The notes beneath the pieces were generated by a model. It ran no database searches, was not told the DNA's origin, and saw nothing but the letters and a program-made list of their open reading frames with translations. From the NCBI GenBank assembly GCA_030390025.1, contig CM059432.1:138386001-138450000 (forward strand): 64,000 nucleotides of DNA. Reading direction: 5' to 3'. Shown here in pieces: positions 24,565 through 36,844 of this stretch (its first letter is position 1; each line of letters starts with the position of its first letter). The stretch comes from Squalus acanthias (Eukaryota). The translations under genes were made by a program, and so were the position numbers.

Positions 24565-25975
24565 GGCCGGAATTTTGCCAGCGCTCAGCGGACGGGATGG
24601 GTGGCGGGTCAGCTGTTAAATTTTAAATGATTGACAGCGGGTCGGGAACACGCTGTCAAAATGCACACACTGGACTTTCCCAATGTCGGGTCTGCCAGCT
24701 TGTTTACAGCCACTTATCAATGGTTTTTTCCCAGCTTTTTGGATTTGACAGATCGCCCACCGGTTTCCCGCTGTGCCTAGCCCTCGTCTGTGAAGCTGAG
24801 GCAGGAGGTCAGTGGCCATTGAATCAGCTGATGAATTGACAGCTTCAAATGTCAAGTCAAAGCTCCCAGCTGATTGAGAAATGTTCTTTAAACTGCATTT
24901 CCACTACAGATTCACCATGCTGCAAGTCTTTACACAAGTCTCCATCCAGTCTGACTTCATTACCACTCCCACCAATGACAGATCACTTCTGTCATCTCTA
25001 CTTCACCTGCCATCTATTCCATCAGCATGGGTGCCCTTGAAACTCTCTCACCTTGGTCCTCAGAATCCCATCACGATCAGCCCCAACACCAGCATCACCA
25101 GGCACACCAGCAGCACCAACAACAACACCAACCTTCTCCGCAATCACCCGATGCTGCACAGGACACAGGGCATCAGCACCCGACCACATTGCTGCCCGGG
25201 AGGCCAGGGAAGGCCTCACCATGGCCAGATTTACTTCACTTGACGCTGTACAACCTGGCTGCCACATGATGCACCAGGTAGGCACCACCCCACACCAACA
25301 CCATAAAGCATCCCTACAATGTCCAAGTCATTCCTTTCACACTCATCAGCATTGCGGGGGGTACCATTATGTCTCACTGTTCACTGTAACTCACTAAGCC
25401 ACTTCCAAAGGTGGACATAAATCTGTCCAAGAACACAAAGTGTTGAAAATAAAGATTTCAATGTTTAACACCACATTAACAGAAACTTCACATGAACATT
25501 GGCTGGAACACCCAAGTGCCTACCCTTGTGTGTTGTTAGTTGATATGATTGCACTAGGATGCGGGTGAGTGTGGAGGGGTGGCTAGTGAGATGGAGAAGT
25601 GATAATGTAGATAGAGAGGGATGGTGGAGGTGCAAGGTAAGTTGGTGTAAGGATGTGCAGGAGTAGGGTAGGGAAGGCAGAGTGATGGGGATGTGTTGAG
25701 TGGCAGGATGAGGTTGAGTGTGGCTTTGTACTAACGTTTCATGATCTACTGAGATCATTGAAAGGTTTGTGCCACTGCAGCCTGGTCCTCCTGATCACAT
25801 CCCTGCTTGTGCCCTCCTGTGCAATGTGCAACCAGGCTGTGTTGGTCTCCTGGGAGGGTCTCTTCCATCCATGGAAAGTGATTTCGGAGGCCGAGATGGA
25901 GCCAGCAGCAGGGCCGAAACCCACCACCGACATCGCCCGCCTCAGATCCGTCGAGGTAGGGTTAATCGCAGCTGT
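24565..25975 (+). mobile_element. Non-autonomous, internally deleted Harbinger element inserted in a SINE tail
   Basis: Left end GGCCGGAATTTTGCCAGCGCTCAG matches the reverse complement of 42097-42119. Holds transposase N- and C-terminal remnants (25027-25240) and a minus-strand Myb exon 1 remnant (TNTAWLHIAQE...FNDLSRS, about 25740-25875). Confidence 0.85.
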
Positions 25976-26039
25976 TATAAATGCAAGTCTTTCTGTCATG
26001 ATATAGATTTCCTTCTAGGCTACGGGCATAAACCCCTCC

Positions 26040-26490
26040 ATCAGCTGTGGCTCAGTGGGTAGCACACTCGCCTCTGAGTCAGAAGGTTGTGGGTTCAAGT
26101 CCCACTCCAGAGACTTTTGCACAAAATCTGGGCTGACACTCCCAGTGCAGTGCTGAGGGAGTGCTGCACTGTCGGAGGTGCCGTCTTTCGGATGAGACGT
26201 TAAACTGAGGCCCCGTCTGCCCTCTCAGGTCGACGTAAAAGATCCCATGGCCACTATTTCAATGAAGATCAGGGGAGTTCTCCCCGGTGTCCTGGCCAAT
26301 ATTTATCCCTCAACCAACTTCACTAAAAAAAAACCAGATTATTTGGTCATTATTTTATTGCTGTTTGTGGGATCTTGCTGTGTGCAAATTGGCTGCCGCG
26401 TTTCCTATGTTACAACAATGACTACACTTCAAAAGTACTTTGCGACGTCTTGAGGTTGTGAAAGGCGCTATGGAAATGCAAGTTCTTTCT
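26040..26490 (+). mobile_element. Deu-domain SINE, full length
   Basis: Box A/B-like head, Deu core and L2-type tail. Confidence 0.88.
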
Positions 26491-27589
26491 TTCCTCCTTC
26501 TTTACCAAACATTAGTGAGCGCTGCAGAAACAGCTGGATGTCTTTAGCTTCATTTTGCAGCTGCAATTCCATCTCAATGCAGCATTTAAAGCATTGAAGA
26601 TTACCTGTTATCTGGAAGAGGTGCTGCAGGGATCACAGGAGAATGATAATGTGCTATTTTATCAGCAGATCATGCTCACAATGCCCCTCAAGCCAGAAGA
26701 TTGCAACGCCAGTCATTCATAAGGGCTGTGAAAAAGCCATTCCAGACCTCAAATCCACTCCCCGCTCAAACATGCCATGAAATTCCCCGAGAGCCCAACC
26801 TGGCAGCGCAAGTGCGATGGAGCAGACCCTTACCCACCCCCCCGCCCCTCCCACAAAGCCTAAAGGACATCAGTGAACCAGTTGGATTTTTACAACAATC
26901 TGACAGCTTCATGGTCACTTTTACTGAGACCTGCTTTTTAGTTCCTTTCTCTCAGTGGCTTGCGATTGTTTTCGTTAGGACAGAGATTAAAGGGGGTGAT
27001 CTGATAGAAGTTTTCGGTGAAATGATGGGACAGAGTAGATAGAAACAGATTGTTTTGTGTGATTGAGGGGTTAGAACAAGGGGACACAGATCTAAGATTG
27101 ATTGTAGGAGATTTAGGACAGAGAGCAGGGAAAATACTTTGTTGACACAGAAGGTTGTGAGGGTGCGGAATGCATAGAGTTAGTGACTCAAGCAACGACC
27201 TTGTTGACATGAATCTTGTCATTCATGTGGAAATGACTTATGAAATAACACTGGGCGGCCTGCTGGTGGCGCTGTCCAGGGAGAGTATAAATACTCGGGC
27301 ATGGGCCCAGCTTGCTCAGGACATTCTTTGACAGGAACTAATGAAGGACACAACTAGATCTCCATGTTGAAAAACAGTTGATTAAAGCTTTGTTTAACGC
27401 TTAGACCAAGTGCCGAGTAGTTTTCTTACGTCACTTGTCAATATTTAAGAATAGGTTAGATAGATGGTTAAAGAAAAGGGACTCTCCAATCCAAGGAATT
27501 GCAGAGCCACCAGGTACAATTCACTCTCTCATGGATTCTATCCCTCCTTATTAATCCCTTGAGGGAAATGTCCACATAAACATTCACTG

Positions 27590-28140
27590 TGAACAGTTCT
27601 GGTCTCCATCTTATTGAAAGGACATAGAGGCACTGGAGAAGGTGCAAAAAAGATTAACAAGGATGATACTAGAACTGAGGGGTTATACCGAGCAGGAAAG
27701 ACTGAACAGGCTGGGGCGCTTTTCTCTAGAAAAGAGAAGGCAGAGGGGTGACCTGACAGAGGTCTTTAAACTTATGAAGGGATTCCATAGGGTTAGATGT
27801 AGAGAAGATATTTCCACTTGCCAGGGAGACCAAAACTAGGAGCCCTAAATTTAATATAGTCACTAATAAATCCAATCGGGAATTCAGGAGAAACTTCTTT
27901 ACCCAGAGAGTGGTTAGAATGTGGAAGTCGCTACCACAGGGAGTGGTTGAGGCGAATAGCATAGATGCATTTAAGGTGAAGCTAGATAAGAACATGAGGG
28001 AGAAAGCAATAGAAGGGTATGCTGATAGGGTGAGATGAAGGGAGGTGGGAGGAGGCTCGTGTGGAGCATAAACACCGGCACGGACCAGTTGGGCCGAATG
28101 ACCTGTTTCTGTGCTGTACATTCGATGTATTTCTATGTAA
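27590..28140 (+). mobile_element. CR1 3' fragment
   Basis: VQKRLTRMI..ERLNRLG.FSLEKRR.RGDL and CR1 3' UTR. Confidence 0.85.
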
Positions 28141-28472
28141 TTCTTGATCTCTAAAGTTCATGAAACAAAAACCCTTGTATATTGATCCTCACAGCTGTAC
28201 TATTTAATCCTGGCTTGCTGCCCTCCAGATAGCAGTCTCCTGCCACACCCCAGTAGGACTGGGAGTATTGTGTTCTCTGCAGCACTTAATCACCTCAATA
28301 AATACCTATCAATATAACTCCAATCCCATTCGCTACCAGGTACATTTTCAGCTCCGTTTTAAGAGTCAATTTGCATGGAGGTTATTCCAGGGTACAAAAA
28401 GTTTGTCTGTTTTAATAATATATTATGAAATTGCACAACATTAGCATAGGGTCTGGAGTGCGGGCTCTAAGG

Positions 28473-28855
28473 TAGGGGTTGCCAACCTTCCAGGATTGTC
28501 CTGGAATCTCCAGGAATTAAAGATTAATCTCCTGGCTACTGCTGCGAGCAACACCCGGGAGATAAATCATAGGGGCGGTAAAAAAAAAAGTGGTTTTTTT
28601 TCATTTTCTTTCAACACTTATTTGTTATAAAAATATTTGGGGAAAAAAAGGCTGTTTGACTGAGAGTCGAGAATCATCCAATCATGTAATGAAGGGTCTG
28701 TTCGCTTCTCAATTGGCCGTGAGAAGGCGGGACGGGGCGGGGTGCGGCGGGGATGGACGTGTCGGGTCGACCGGTGGTGGGGGAGGGGCAGTGGAAGGCA
28801 GGAGGTCATGTGGTGAAACCGCCAGGCGTATGTTCAACCAGAGTTGGCAACCCTG
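28473..28855. mobile_element. hAT-type MITE
   Basis: TIRs GGGTTGCCAAC / GTTGGCAACCC. Homologous to 55515-55935. Confidence 0.7.
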
Positions 28856-28969
28856 CCTGGTCATAATGTCGTCATGGTGCACTCTTGTCTATTGTAGTCC
28901 CACAGGAGCAGGGGGAAAACTATAACTCCCATGATACATTTCACTCTCTCTCTCTCTGTCTCTCACTCT

Positions 28970-29728
28970 GGCCAGAATTTTAACCTAAACAAACAGGTGG
29001 ATTTGGAGTTAAATTGTTAAAAATGGGATTCCCGACCTGATCCCGCCTCCAACCTGCCCACTTCCGGTTTTCACGGAGGTAGGACGAGGGGGGGGCGGGG
29101 GAACGGGATACCAAGCCGCTCCCAGGGGGCGGAATGTCAATTTAAATATTATAACGAGGCTGGAAGCCTCTTTTTTTTCACCTCCGTTTTGAATTTAACT
29201 GCGTGTGGACGGGTTTCACACAATTCGTGCAACCCGGCAGTTAAAGCGAGGCGGGGACTGCTGCATCCAGGAGGTAAGTGGCTTTATACCTACCTCCTGG
29301 ATCCAGGGTCCCTGCCTAACCCACCCCTCGTGATCGGAGACCCTCTCCCAGGCCTCCCATCACCCACACCAGGTCTCCCCCCCACCCCTACCAACGACGA
29401 TGCTGAGGCCGGCCATGATCCTCCGGTGGTCGGCCCCAATCTACTCTTCACCCACCCCCAATCATCCAGCCCCGATCTCTGCCCGACCCTCCCCCCCGCC
29501 CGATCGTCTGCCCCTCCCTTCCCGTTCTGTGTGGCCGCAGGCCTACCCACCCACAGCTAGCCAGCCTTTCAATCTGGTTGGCTGCGGGCGGGAAACCGAG
29601 GCCTCACATGCAAGTCAGGCCCTGCCGTTAAAGTCGACAGGGCCTGCGAGAAACCTGTCCTGCCGGATTTCCCGACTGCATCGGAGCCCGCCCGCCTCCA
29701 ACCTGCCCTCCTCCAGATACTTCCGGCC
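28970..29728. mobile_element. GC-rich Harbinger-type MITE
   Basis: Ends GGCCAGAATTTT / ATACTTCCGGCC, with CCCGCC-rich subterminal motifs. Confidence 0.5.
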
Positions 29729-29849
29729 TCGGTCTCTCTCCTTCACAGACACGCACACAATTTCTCAACAGGAAGTGGAACTTCCGAGCACCCAAGTGGG
29801 ACAGAAAAACATCTCAAGCCCTGAGCCCCCGAGCTAAGCTATTCCAGCA

Positions 29850-30080
29850 CATCTATGGCAAAGGCATCTACCTGACAATGTGGACAACTGTCCAGCATAA
29901 ATCTAAACGTGCCAATTACCCCCTCTATCACCCTCCTCCCAATCATCAGTAAAGAGATGGAAGGAGTCATCGAGAGTGCCATTGAGCAACATCTACTCAC
30001 CAGAACACTGCTCACCAATGCTCAGTTGGGTTTCTGTCACAACCACTAGGCTCCAGACCTCATCATAGCCTTGACACCTG
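29850..30080 (+). mobile_element. Old non-LTR retrotransposon RT fragment
   Basis: Decayed ANY.P.I.LL.IISK.MEGVI...QLGF pattern. Probably the same family as 50130-51150. Confidence 0.6.
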
Positions 30081-30319
30081 GCCTGTTCGGGAGATGTGAC
30101 GTACAGACATGCCTTAGAATCCAGACTTTTAATTATACAGACTCACCAATACTTTGCGTCAACTACTGCAAAATCAACACAGATGCGGTGTCACTCTTTC
30201 TGAAAATGTGGCTGGTATACTAGGAAAGCAACTAGTAGCAAAACATTGCAGTATCAAATAGGTCAGTGAAAGATATGTGATCCTGTACTGAAATAATTGA
30301 TTGTTAAATGAATGATTGG

Positions 30320-30720
30320 GGATACATTTTTGTTTGGTAAGGGCATCAACGGTTCATAGAATTATACAGAAGGAGGCCATTTGGCCCATCATGCATATGC
30401 CGGCTCTCTGAAAGATACTGCCAATTAGTCCCACTTGCCTGCTCTTTCCCCATAGCCCTACATTTCTTCTCCTCATTAAGTAGATATTCAATTCCCTTTT
30501 GAAAGTTACTATTGAATCTGCTTCCACCACGTTTTCAGCCAGTGCGTTCCAGATTATAACAACTTGCTGCGTTAAAAAACATTCTCCTCATCTCCCCCGC
30601 TGGCTTTTGATACCGATCAAAGGCGGATAAATGGAGTTGAGAGACGGATCAGCCATGATCTAATTGAATGATGGAACAGGCTCAAGGGGCTGAATGGCCT
30701 CCTCCTGTTCCTATGTTCCT
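30320..30720. mobile_element. Plus-strand CR1 tail interrupted by a minus-strand CR1 tail (about 30355-30608)
   Basis: AAGGGCATCAACGG.. resumes as GATACCGATCAAAGGCGG after an inverted CR1 3' end. Confidence 0.65.
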
Positions 30721-31119
30721 ACTGCAAGCCAGGTAACTGTCCGTTTATGGAGAGTGACCTCCATTTCAAGCCTGTTGCTAGTGATACTATGCATCTAAAC
30801 AATAATTAATTAATTATGATATTAAATTCAACAGTTAACAGTTTGGCGTTGAAATAAATGACACCAAATGCTTATTTCACCAAATCCCTCAACCCAAATA
30901 ATTCTTCTTGCATTGTCAGTGCCCCAGCCCGTGGTTCGATGCTTTGTTTTGTTTCTTTGGTTCTCTTTCTTCCCCACACATTTTATAAAATTGTACTCTC
31001 TCCCACTTATGTACTATGATCACCGCGGACATTTTCTCAACCCTTTCTTTATACTGTGGAGATGCCGGCGTTGGACTGGGGTGGACAAAAATGAGAAGTC
31101 GCACAACACCAGGTTATAG

Positions 31120-31285
31120 CAGCCAGGGGCATTCAGCCTCGGATCTGCGGGTAAGCGTTCTCCAAGGCGGCCTTCGGGATACACGACAGCGCAAAATCAT
31201 AGAGCAGAAACTGATAGCCAAGTTCCGCACTCATGAGGATGGCCTCAATCGCGATATCGGGTTCATGTCACGATACAGAACGTGA
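31120..31285 (+). pseudogene. GIY-YIG endonuclease C-terminal fragment of a Penelope-like ORF
   Basis: GHSASDLRVSVLQGG..RQRKIIEQKLIAKFRTHEDGLNRDIGF fits the Penelope-type GIY-YIG C-terminal pattern H..DL...R...E...I..F.T...GLN.D. Confidence 0.8.
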
Positions 31286-31517
31286 CTTGACATCACGGCC
31301 GGTCTTTCCAGGTGTTTTTTTTTAAAAAGACTAACACAAGAACCAACACAAATTGACAGGATATGCGGCCAGCAGGTGTTTTGACACGTTGGACCCCCTG
31401 GGACACATCTCATTGTCTTGGCTGTGCTCTTAGTGTGTCTTTGATGTAGGGAAAGATTTGAATAGATTTTCTCTGTGTTTATATTGTGAATTCTGGGAGA
31501 TTCTCTCACTGCTACCC

Positions 31518-31554
31518 TACCTGAGGAAGGAGCGAACAGCTCCGAAAGCTTGTA
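31518..31554 (+). ncRNA. Minimal hammerhead ribozyme motif
   Basis: TAC-CTGAGGA-A-GGAGC(GAACA)GCTCC-GAAA-GC-TT-GTA. Stem I is TAC/GTA, against CAC/GTG in the other copies. Confidence 0.75.
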
Positions 31555-32524
31555 AAATTAAATAAATCTGTTGGACTATAACCTGGTGTTGTGCGACTTC
31601 TCATTTTTTTCTTTATACTGTAAGCCCTCTTGGATTCTACGCTCCAGTGCTTCACAGTTACAGATGGAAGCCAAGTCGAACCATGGGGGCTGCGGTACCA
31701 ACTGAACATAGCGCTCCATAAAGCAAGTCTTCACGAAAAATGAAGTGCCTAAATAAAGTAAAATCTCATGGAGACAGTAACATCTCACGGGAGGAGAATT
31801 AACCCATAAAGTACTGGTCACTATTTGTCATGCCAATTCTATCGAGCTCTTAATTTAGTCATGAAGGAAGGATTATTGATAACACAGTACAGTAACATTA
31901 ATACAAGCGACAACAATTGATGGGAGCATAGTTTATGATAAGAGTCTTTTGTATAAGGAACCCTGTCTTATGCACATACTGATGTGGATCAGTTTTAAAA
32001 CAGCGCTGATGGAGTGCTGTTTTAGGGGTACAATCTGATACAACGGAATGATTTCCTTTGTACAAGAGTGTTTTGATTAATAGACATCAAGCAGGTGGCA
32101 TTTTTTACCTTGAATATTCAACCTGTGCGTTGTATTTGCCTGTCTTGTAGCAGCAGAGTCTTTTACCATTAAGTGCAGATAGGTTGTAGGAAGTGCATAA
32201 CACTTTCCAATCAGGTCCATTTTTTCATTAGCTTGTATCCTTTCCAAGATGCCCTTTGTTCCAGCTGGCTGATCAGCCATCAACACCAGTTTGTTTCAAT
32301 CAGCAGGGCAGCTATGTCTTCTCATTGTGAAGAATTGTTTATAAGGGACGGGAAATTTGTTCGGAGAAAATACATCTGGTGAGCTTTCTTTTTATTTAAA
32401 ATAAGAGAGAGTAAAGCTCCGACTAAAAATAAAATGGGTAAATAAATTACATTTCCTTATTAAATTAAATAATTTAAGCACCCATTATATTTTTTGCAGT
32501 AAATGGTCCAAATGCCCATGATGT

Positions 32525-32745
32525 GATAGGAACTCGTTGCCACATGGAGAGGTTGTGGCAAATAGCATAGATGCATTTAACGGGAAGCTAGAGAAGGACA
32601 TGAGGGGAGAAAGGAATAGAAGGATATGTTGATAGTGTTTGATGAAGAGGGGTGGGAGGAGGCTCGTGTGGAGCATAAACACCGGCATGGAGCAGTTGGG
32701 CCCAATGGCCTGTTTCTGGGCTGTACATTCGGTGTAATTCTATGA
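32525..32745 (+). mobile_element. CR1 3' tail
   Basis: Matches 27920-28140. Confidence 0.8.
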
Positions 32746-32782
32746 AGTAAGACTGGCCACTCATTCACACACCAGAGACTTG

Positions 32783-32971
32783 GGGGGGGTAGAAATTCGT
32801 CTTGAACGGTAGCGCGAAACGAGCAAGAGCGAACCAGCCGCCCATTAAACTGCACGGCCGATATTCAGCTCCATTGACTTCAACGCAACTGAAGATTAAG
32901 CGGCACGTGTAACAGGCGGCAAATGCGATGCCGCCCGTTTCACGCCACCACCCATTACGAATTTCTACCCC
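32783..32971. mobile_element. Short Harbinger-type MITE
   Basis: 15 bp TIR GGGGTAGAAATTCGT / ACGAATTTCTACCCC, with TTG on both flanks. Confidence 0.75.
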
Positions 32972-34749
32972 TTGGACTCTTAATCGCATTCAAATTCAAA
33001 TCTCAACTCATACTCGTTATCGTGCTTTCCCCAAGGAAGTGTTCCTCACCAACTTTTTTTTCTTGAGGGTCACAATTCCAAATTGCATCTTGTTTGAGAT
33101 ACTTCAACATGGCACGCCAGGGAGGGATGAGATATGACTCTGCATGATTGTAAGAAGTAGCACCTTAAAACAGTGTAGCGACAGTATTACATCGAAAGAA
33201 AATCATTACAGTGTGGTGTTCTCCTTTAAATCGAGCCACAGTGGTCAAGTAGAGGCCAGCAACTTCCCACAACAAGGAGTGATAGAGACCAGCCGCTTCT
33301 CACAAGAAGGGGTGATGATATAGAACTAGCAGCTCCTGAGGTCGTGAAAGACGCTATATAAATGCAAGTCTTTCTCCACAAGAACTGTACATTCTACGTA
33401 ATTCTATGGAGTAAAACAGGCCACTCACTTACAGTTCTTACAGGTGGATAGCCCTGTTTCCTAAGGGGGAACGGCATTTAATTCCAGCGATGACATTCCA
33501 AAGCCAAGGTGGCCATCCATGACTGAAGGCCCAGAGCCATGCGGAGTAGCAATTCAGCAAACGGCCACAGGCGAATGGGGAAGTGGGCTGCAAGTGGCCC
33601 CTGTGGTACGTTATAAGTACCATTGGCCCTGGTTGGATGAGGCCCATACTCTTCAAGCACAGCTTCCTACATTACAACAGTGACTACATTTCAAAAGTAC
33701 GTCATTGGCTGTAAAGCACTTTGGGATGTTTTGAGGTTCTGAAAAGGCGCGATATAAATGCAAGTATTTCTTCCTTTTCAGGCAGCATTGACGCTGTTCG
33801 TGAAATGCACTTGGTCTGAATGTTCGATCCTTGTATTGAAGAGAGTGTGAATGCAGGGTTTGGGGGGGTCTTAAGGTGGGGGAGGGGACAATGATAAGAA
33901 TAACCAAAATACAACTCCTCAAAGTACTTTCCCGGTGCACTGGCATTGTTATTAATGAACTGCAGAATTCACAATGGGACCAGACAATGATATCTCAATC
34001 TTCTGGATTTCTTCTCCTCATTCATTAAGTGTTTGGAAACTGAATGCATTCAGTATTAATAATGAAAAAATGCTCAGGAAGGTAATACATTTTCCCAACA
34101 CAGATATCAGTGATGCCGATGTTTTCGAAAGCCCTTATTTCGAACATTTAGATCACAATAACCATGATTTATGTACTGTTTGAATTTTGGTGAGCTTGTT
34201 TTTGTTCATCTATTATTAAGAAAACCAAGCTCACCCTATCCATTGTGGGCAAGTGACAGAAAGCAGCACATCTCCAAACACAAACTTACACCGTCAGCTA
34301 ACTGGGAATTTGCTAATTAAATCATGGATGACATTATTCTGTTCATCTTCCTTGCTGCAGAAAAATAGATGTCCCTTTCCTTCTCCCCTTCACAGGATTC
34401 CACCCCCCCCCCCCACCCCCCGCCCCCCGCCACCCCATCCCCACAACACACCCACCCTGAAGGTAGCAGATTCTTTCGTGAAGAATATGGAGAACAATAG
34501 GGAATACAGAACTACTGGTTGTGGGGTTTCATTTTCCAATGCTCAGCTCAATAAGCAGATCAAAAGAAACCTGCCCCCGTGATATTGAACACTGGAGACG
34601 ATTATGGACAAAGCCCCAAAATGCAGGAGGTGCGGGCTGGGGATCCCCTATCGGTACACGGCTGACCCAAGTGGTCTGCACCCCTGGTGGTCTACCTGCC
34701 TTTCTTCCGCCACATTCCCGGGCCACGGCGACCTTCTAGGCTTCGCCAG

Positions 34750-35880
34750 ATTTCCCATGCTTCCCTCCTCCTCTGCTCTTCTGCTGCGACCATTTACACC
34801 TCCTCTGGACCCAACTTTTGTTTCTATACTTGTCCCACTGCCACCACTCTTTTGCCTTGCACCCTCATCCCTTTTGTCATCAAATCACTCCTGCCCCCGC
34901 TCCCTATCACAGACCTTTGCTTTTGTTCCGTACCTGGCTCTGCAATTGCTTAAAAGCTGTTCATCTCTCAACTTCTCCCAGTTCTGATGAAAGGTCGTGG
35001 AACTGAAACGTTGGGCTGGATTTTCAATGACCCATGGAGTCGGGTTTGGAGGCGTGTGGGGGGTTAAATTTGCGGGGTCGGGGTTTCCGACCCCATCCCG
35101 ACTCCATCCCGCCTCCACGCAATTTTGACAGAATCGGTCGCGGGGTTCCCGACTCCGTCCCGCCTTCAAGAGGCGGGAGAGGCCATTAAAGCCCTTAACA
35201 AGCCCTAAATTGGCTCTGTAATGCCATTTTGAAACGCTGTAGCTAGTTTAACCCTCTTCTGACGTGAAGCACGCCTGGTGTGAAACACTCCAGTGAAACC
35301 TGGCGGGAGCACAAGTGGATAGCTGACTATCGGCTGCAGGTGCACTATTACAACGGAGATGTGATGAAGGTAGTAGTAGTATTAGGTCTGAACGCCGCCT
35401 CTGATGCTGCTGCATTGAATGTCTTCAGAGACTGCCTGGGAGGACTTGCTTGGCAAAAAAATTCTCTCTCTCTCTCTCTCTCCTCTACACCACCTCCCCC
35501 TCCATTTTTGCATCCAGGTCCACCCACATCAAAAGCCAGGCAGATCCTCTCTCACCAACAGTCTCTGAGACTAGCCAGTCAGCAATGATGACATCATCAG
35601 AGGCAGCTTTCAGACTGAAAACACTAATTAGTTCCTGGGTTCCCACATGCTCCAACTCAATTGCCCAATTAAGTGAAAATTGCATCAGGCATCCACATTA
35701 ATCTGGAGTCGGGGGGGAAACACGAAATGCGGATTACACGACCCCAACCCGACCCCAAGACAAAATCCAGCCCGTTAACTCTGTTTCTCTCTCCACAGAT
35801 GCTGCCTGACCATGATGAGTGTTTTCCAGCATTTTCTGATTTTATTTCGGATCTCCAGCATCCGCAGTAGCTTGCTTTTG
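34750..35880 (+). mobile_element. Family B Penelope-like 3' end with hammerhead motif, interrupted by a MITE
   Basis: AGTT-CTGATGA-A-AGGTC(GTG)GAACT-GAAA-CG-TT at 34980-35012, resuming as AACTCTG at 35777. Confidence 0.7.
35013..35773. mobile_element. Harbinger-type MITE
   Basis: Perfect 12 bp TIR GGGCTGGATTTT / AAAATCCAGCCC. 3 bp TSD GTT at 35010-35012 and 35774-35776. Confidence 0.88.
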
Positions 35881-35969
35881 ATCCTCATTTGCATGCCGCT
35901 TTACTGACATCGAAGGAGTCGTTTCCTGACCTTGTGCTTCTGCTGGAGAGTCTCACCTGCCCAGAGTTC

Positions 35970-36295
35970 GTTTGGCGGCCGTGCCTTCAGCTGCCTCGGC
36001 CCTAAGCTCAGGAATTCCCTCCTTAAACCTCTCCGCCTCGCTACCTCTCTCTCCTCCTTTAGGTTGCTCCTCAAAAACCTACCTCGTTGGCCACCTGTCC
36101 TAATATCTCCTTATGTGGCTCGGTGTCAAATTGTTGTTTGATAATCGCTCCTGTGAAGCGCCTTGGGACGTTTTACTACGTTAAAGTTGCTATATAAATG
36201 CGAGTTGATGTTTAGATATATTTGTATTTAATTAGCTCCTCCAGGCGGGTTTTACTACGTTAAAGGTGCTATATAAATGCATGGCGTCGTTGCAG
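35970..36295 (+). mobile_element. L2 3' end with a duplicated terminal motif
   Basis: GTTTTACTACGTTAAAG.TGCTATATAAATGC occurs at about 36170 and again at about 36250. Confidence 0.75.
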
Positions 36296-36844
36296 TAGAA
36301 GAGATTCGACGCGCACTACCCATAATGTATGACCACTCAATAGTTGCCCAACTAGTTCAGCGGAAAATCTCTCTGTAATCTTATCCGCATAAACATTTGT
36401 ATCTGTAACTGAGTGATGCTTTTCTTCAAAATGGCAAAAGATGGAAGCAAAAAATAACCCCAGAGATGTCAGATCCCAAACTATTTAACTCTTTCACGAG
36501 CACAAATCAATAATTAAGTTTCAGCAAAGTGTCTTCTGGAAGGAATGAACTTAATTGATTTTACCTCAGTAAAATCAATTCTATTTCATATGCGTGTGGT
36601 GCACACAGAAAGAGGTACAACTCGATAAAGCAATTCTCCGTAAAAAATGATAAAACTTCTCCATTAAAACAAACAAATACAGATTTGAAACTGTTTTCGC
36701 CATATTTTATTAAGACCAGATATCAAACGGCAAACAAATAGAAAATTCAAGAACAATTTTTTTTGCACCCGCCTGTAATGAGGAATTTGGAGCTTTGCAT
36801 TAAACCGGCATTTTTGTTTTTAATTCTTATAAATTTAAGCTTTG

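Larger units (their letters stand above)
31058..31607. mobile_element. Penelope-like element family A insertion with an inverted segment
   Basis: 14 bp TSD TTTCTTTATACTGT (31044-31057, 31608-31621). 31058-31119 is the inverted 3' terminus. Confidence 0.85.

Noticed and set aside
26040..26115. tRNA gene
   Set aside because: Box A/B-like head continues into the Deu SINE body and is repeated many times. No convincing cloverleaf.
32173..32382. Possible plus-strand exon (TTTTTCATTAG ... TG|GTGAG)
   Set aside because: Translations are not recognisable, and splice-like motifs are expected by chance.
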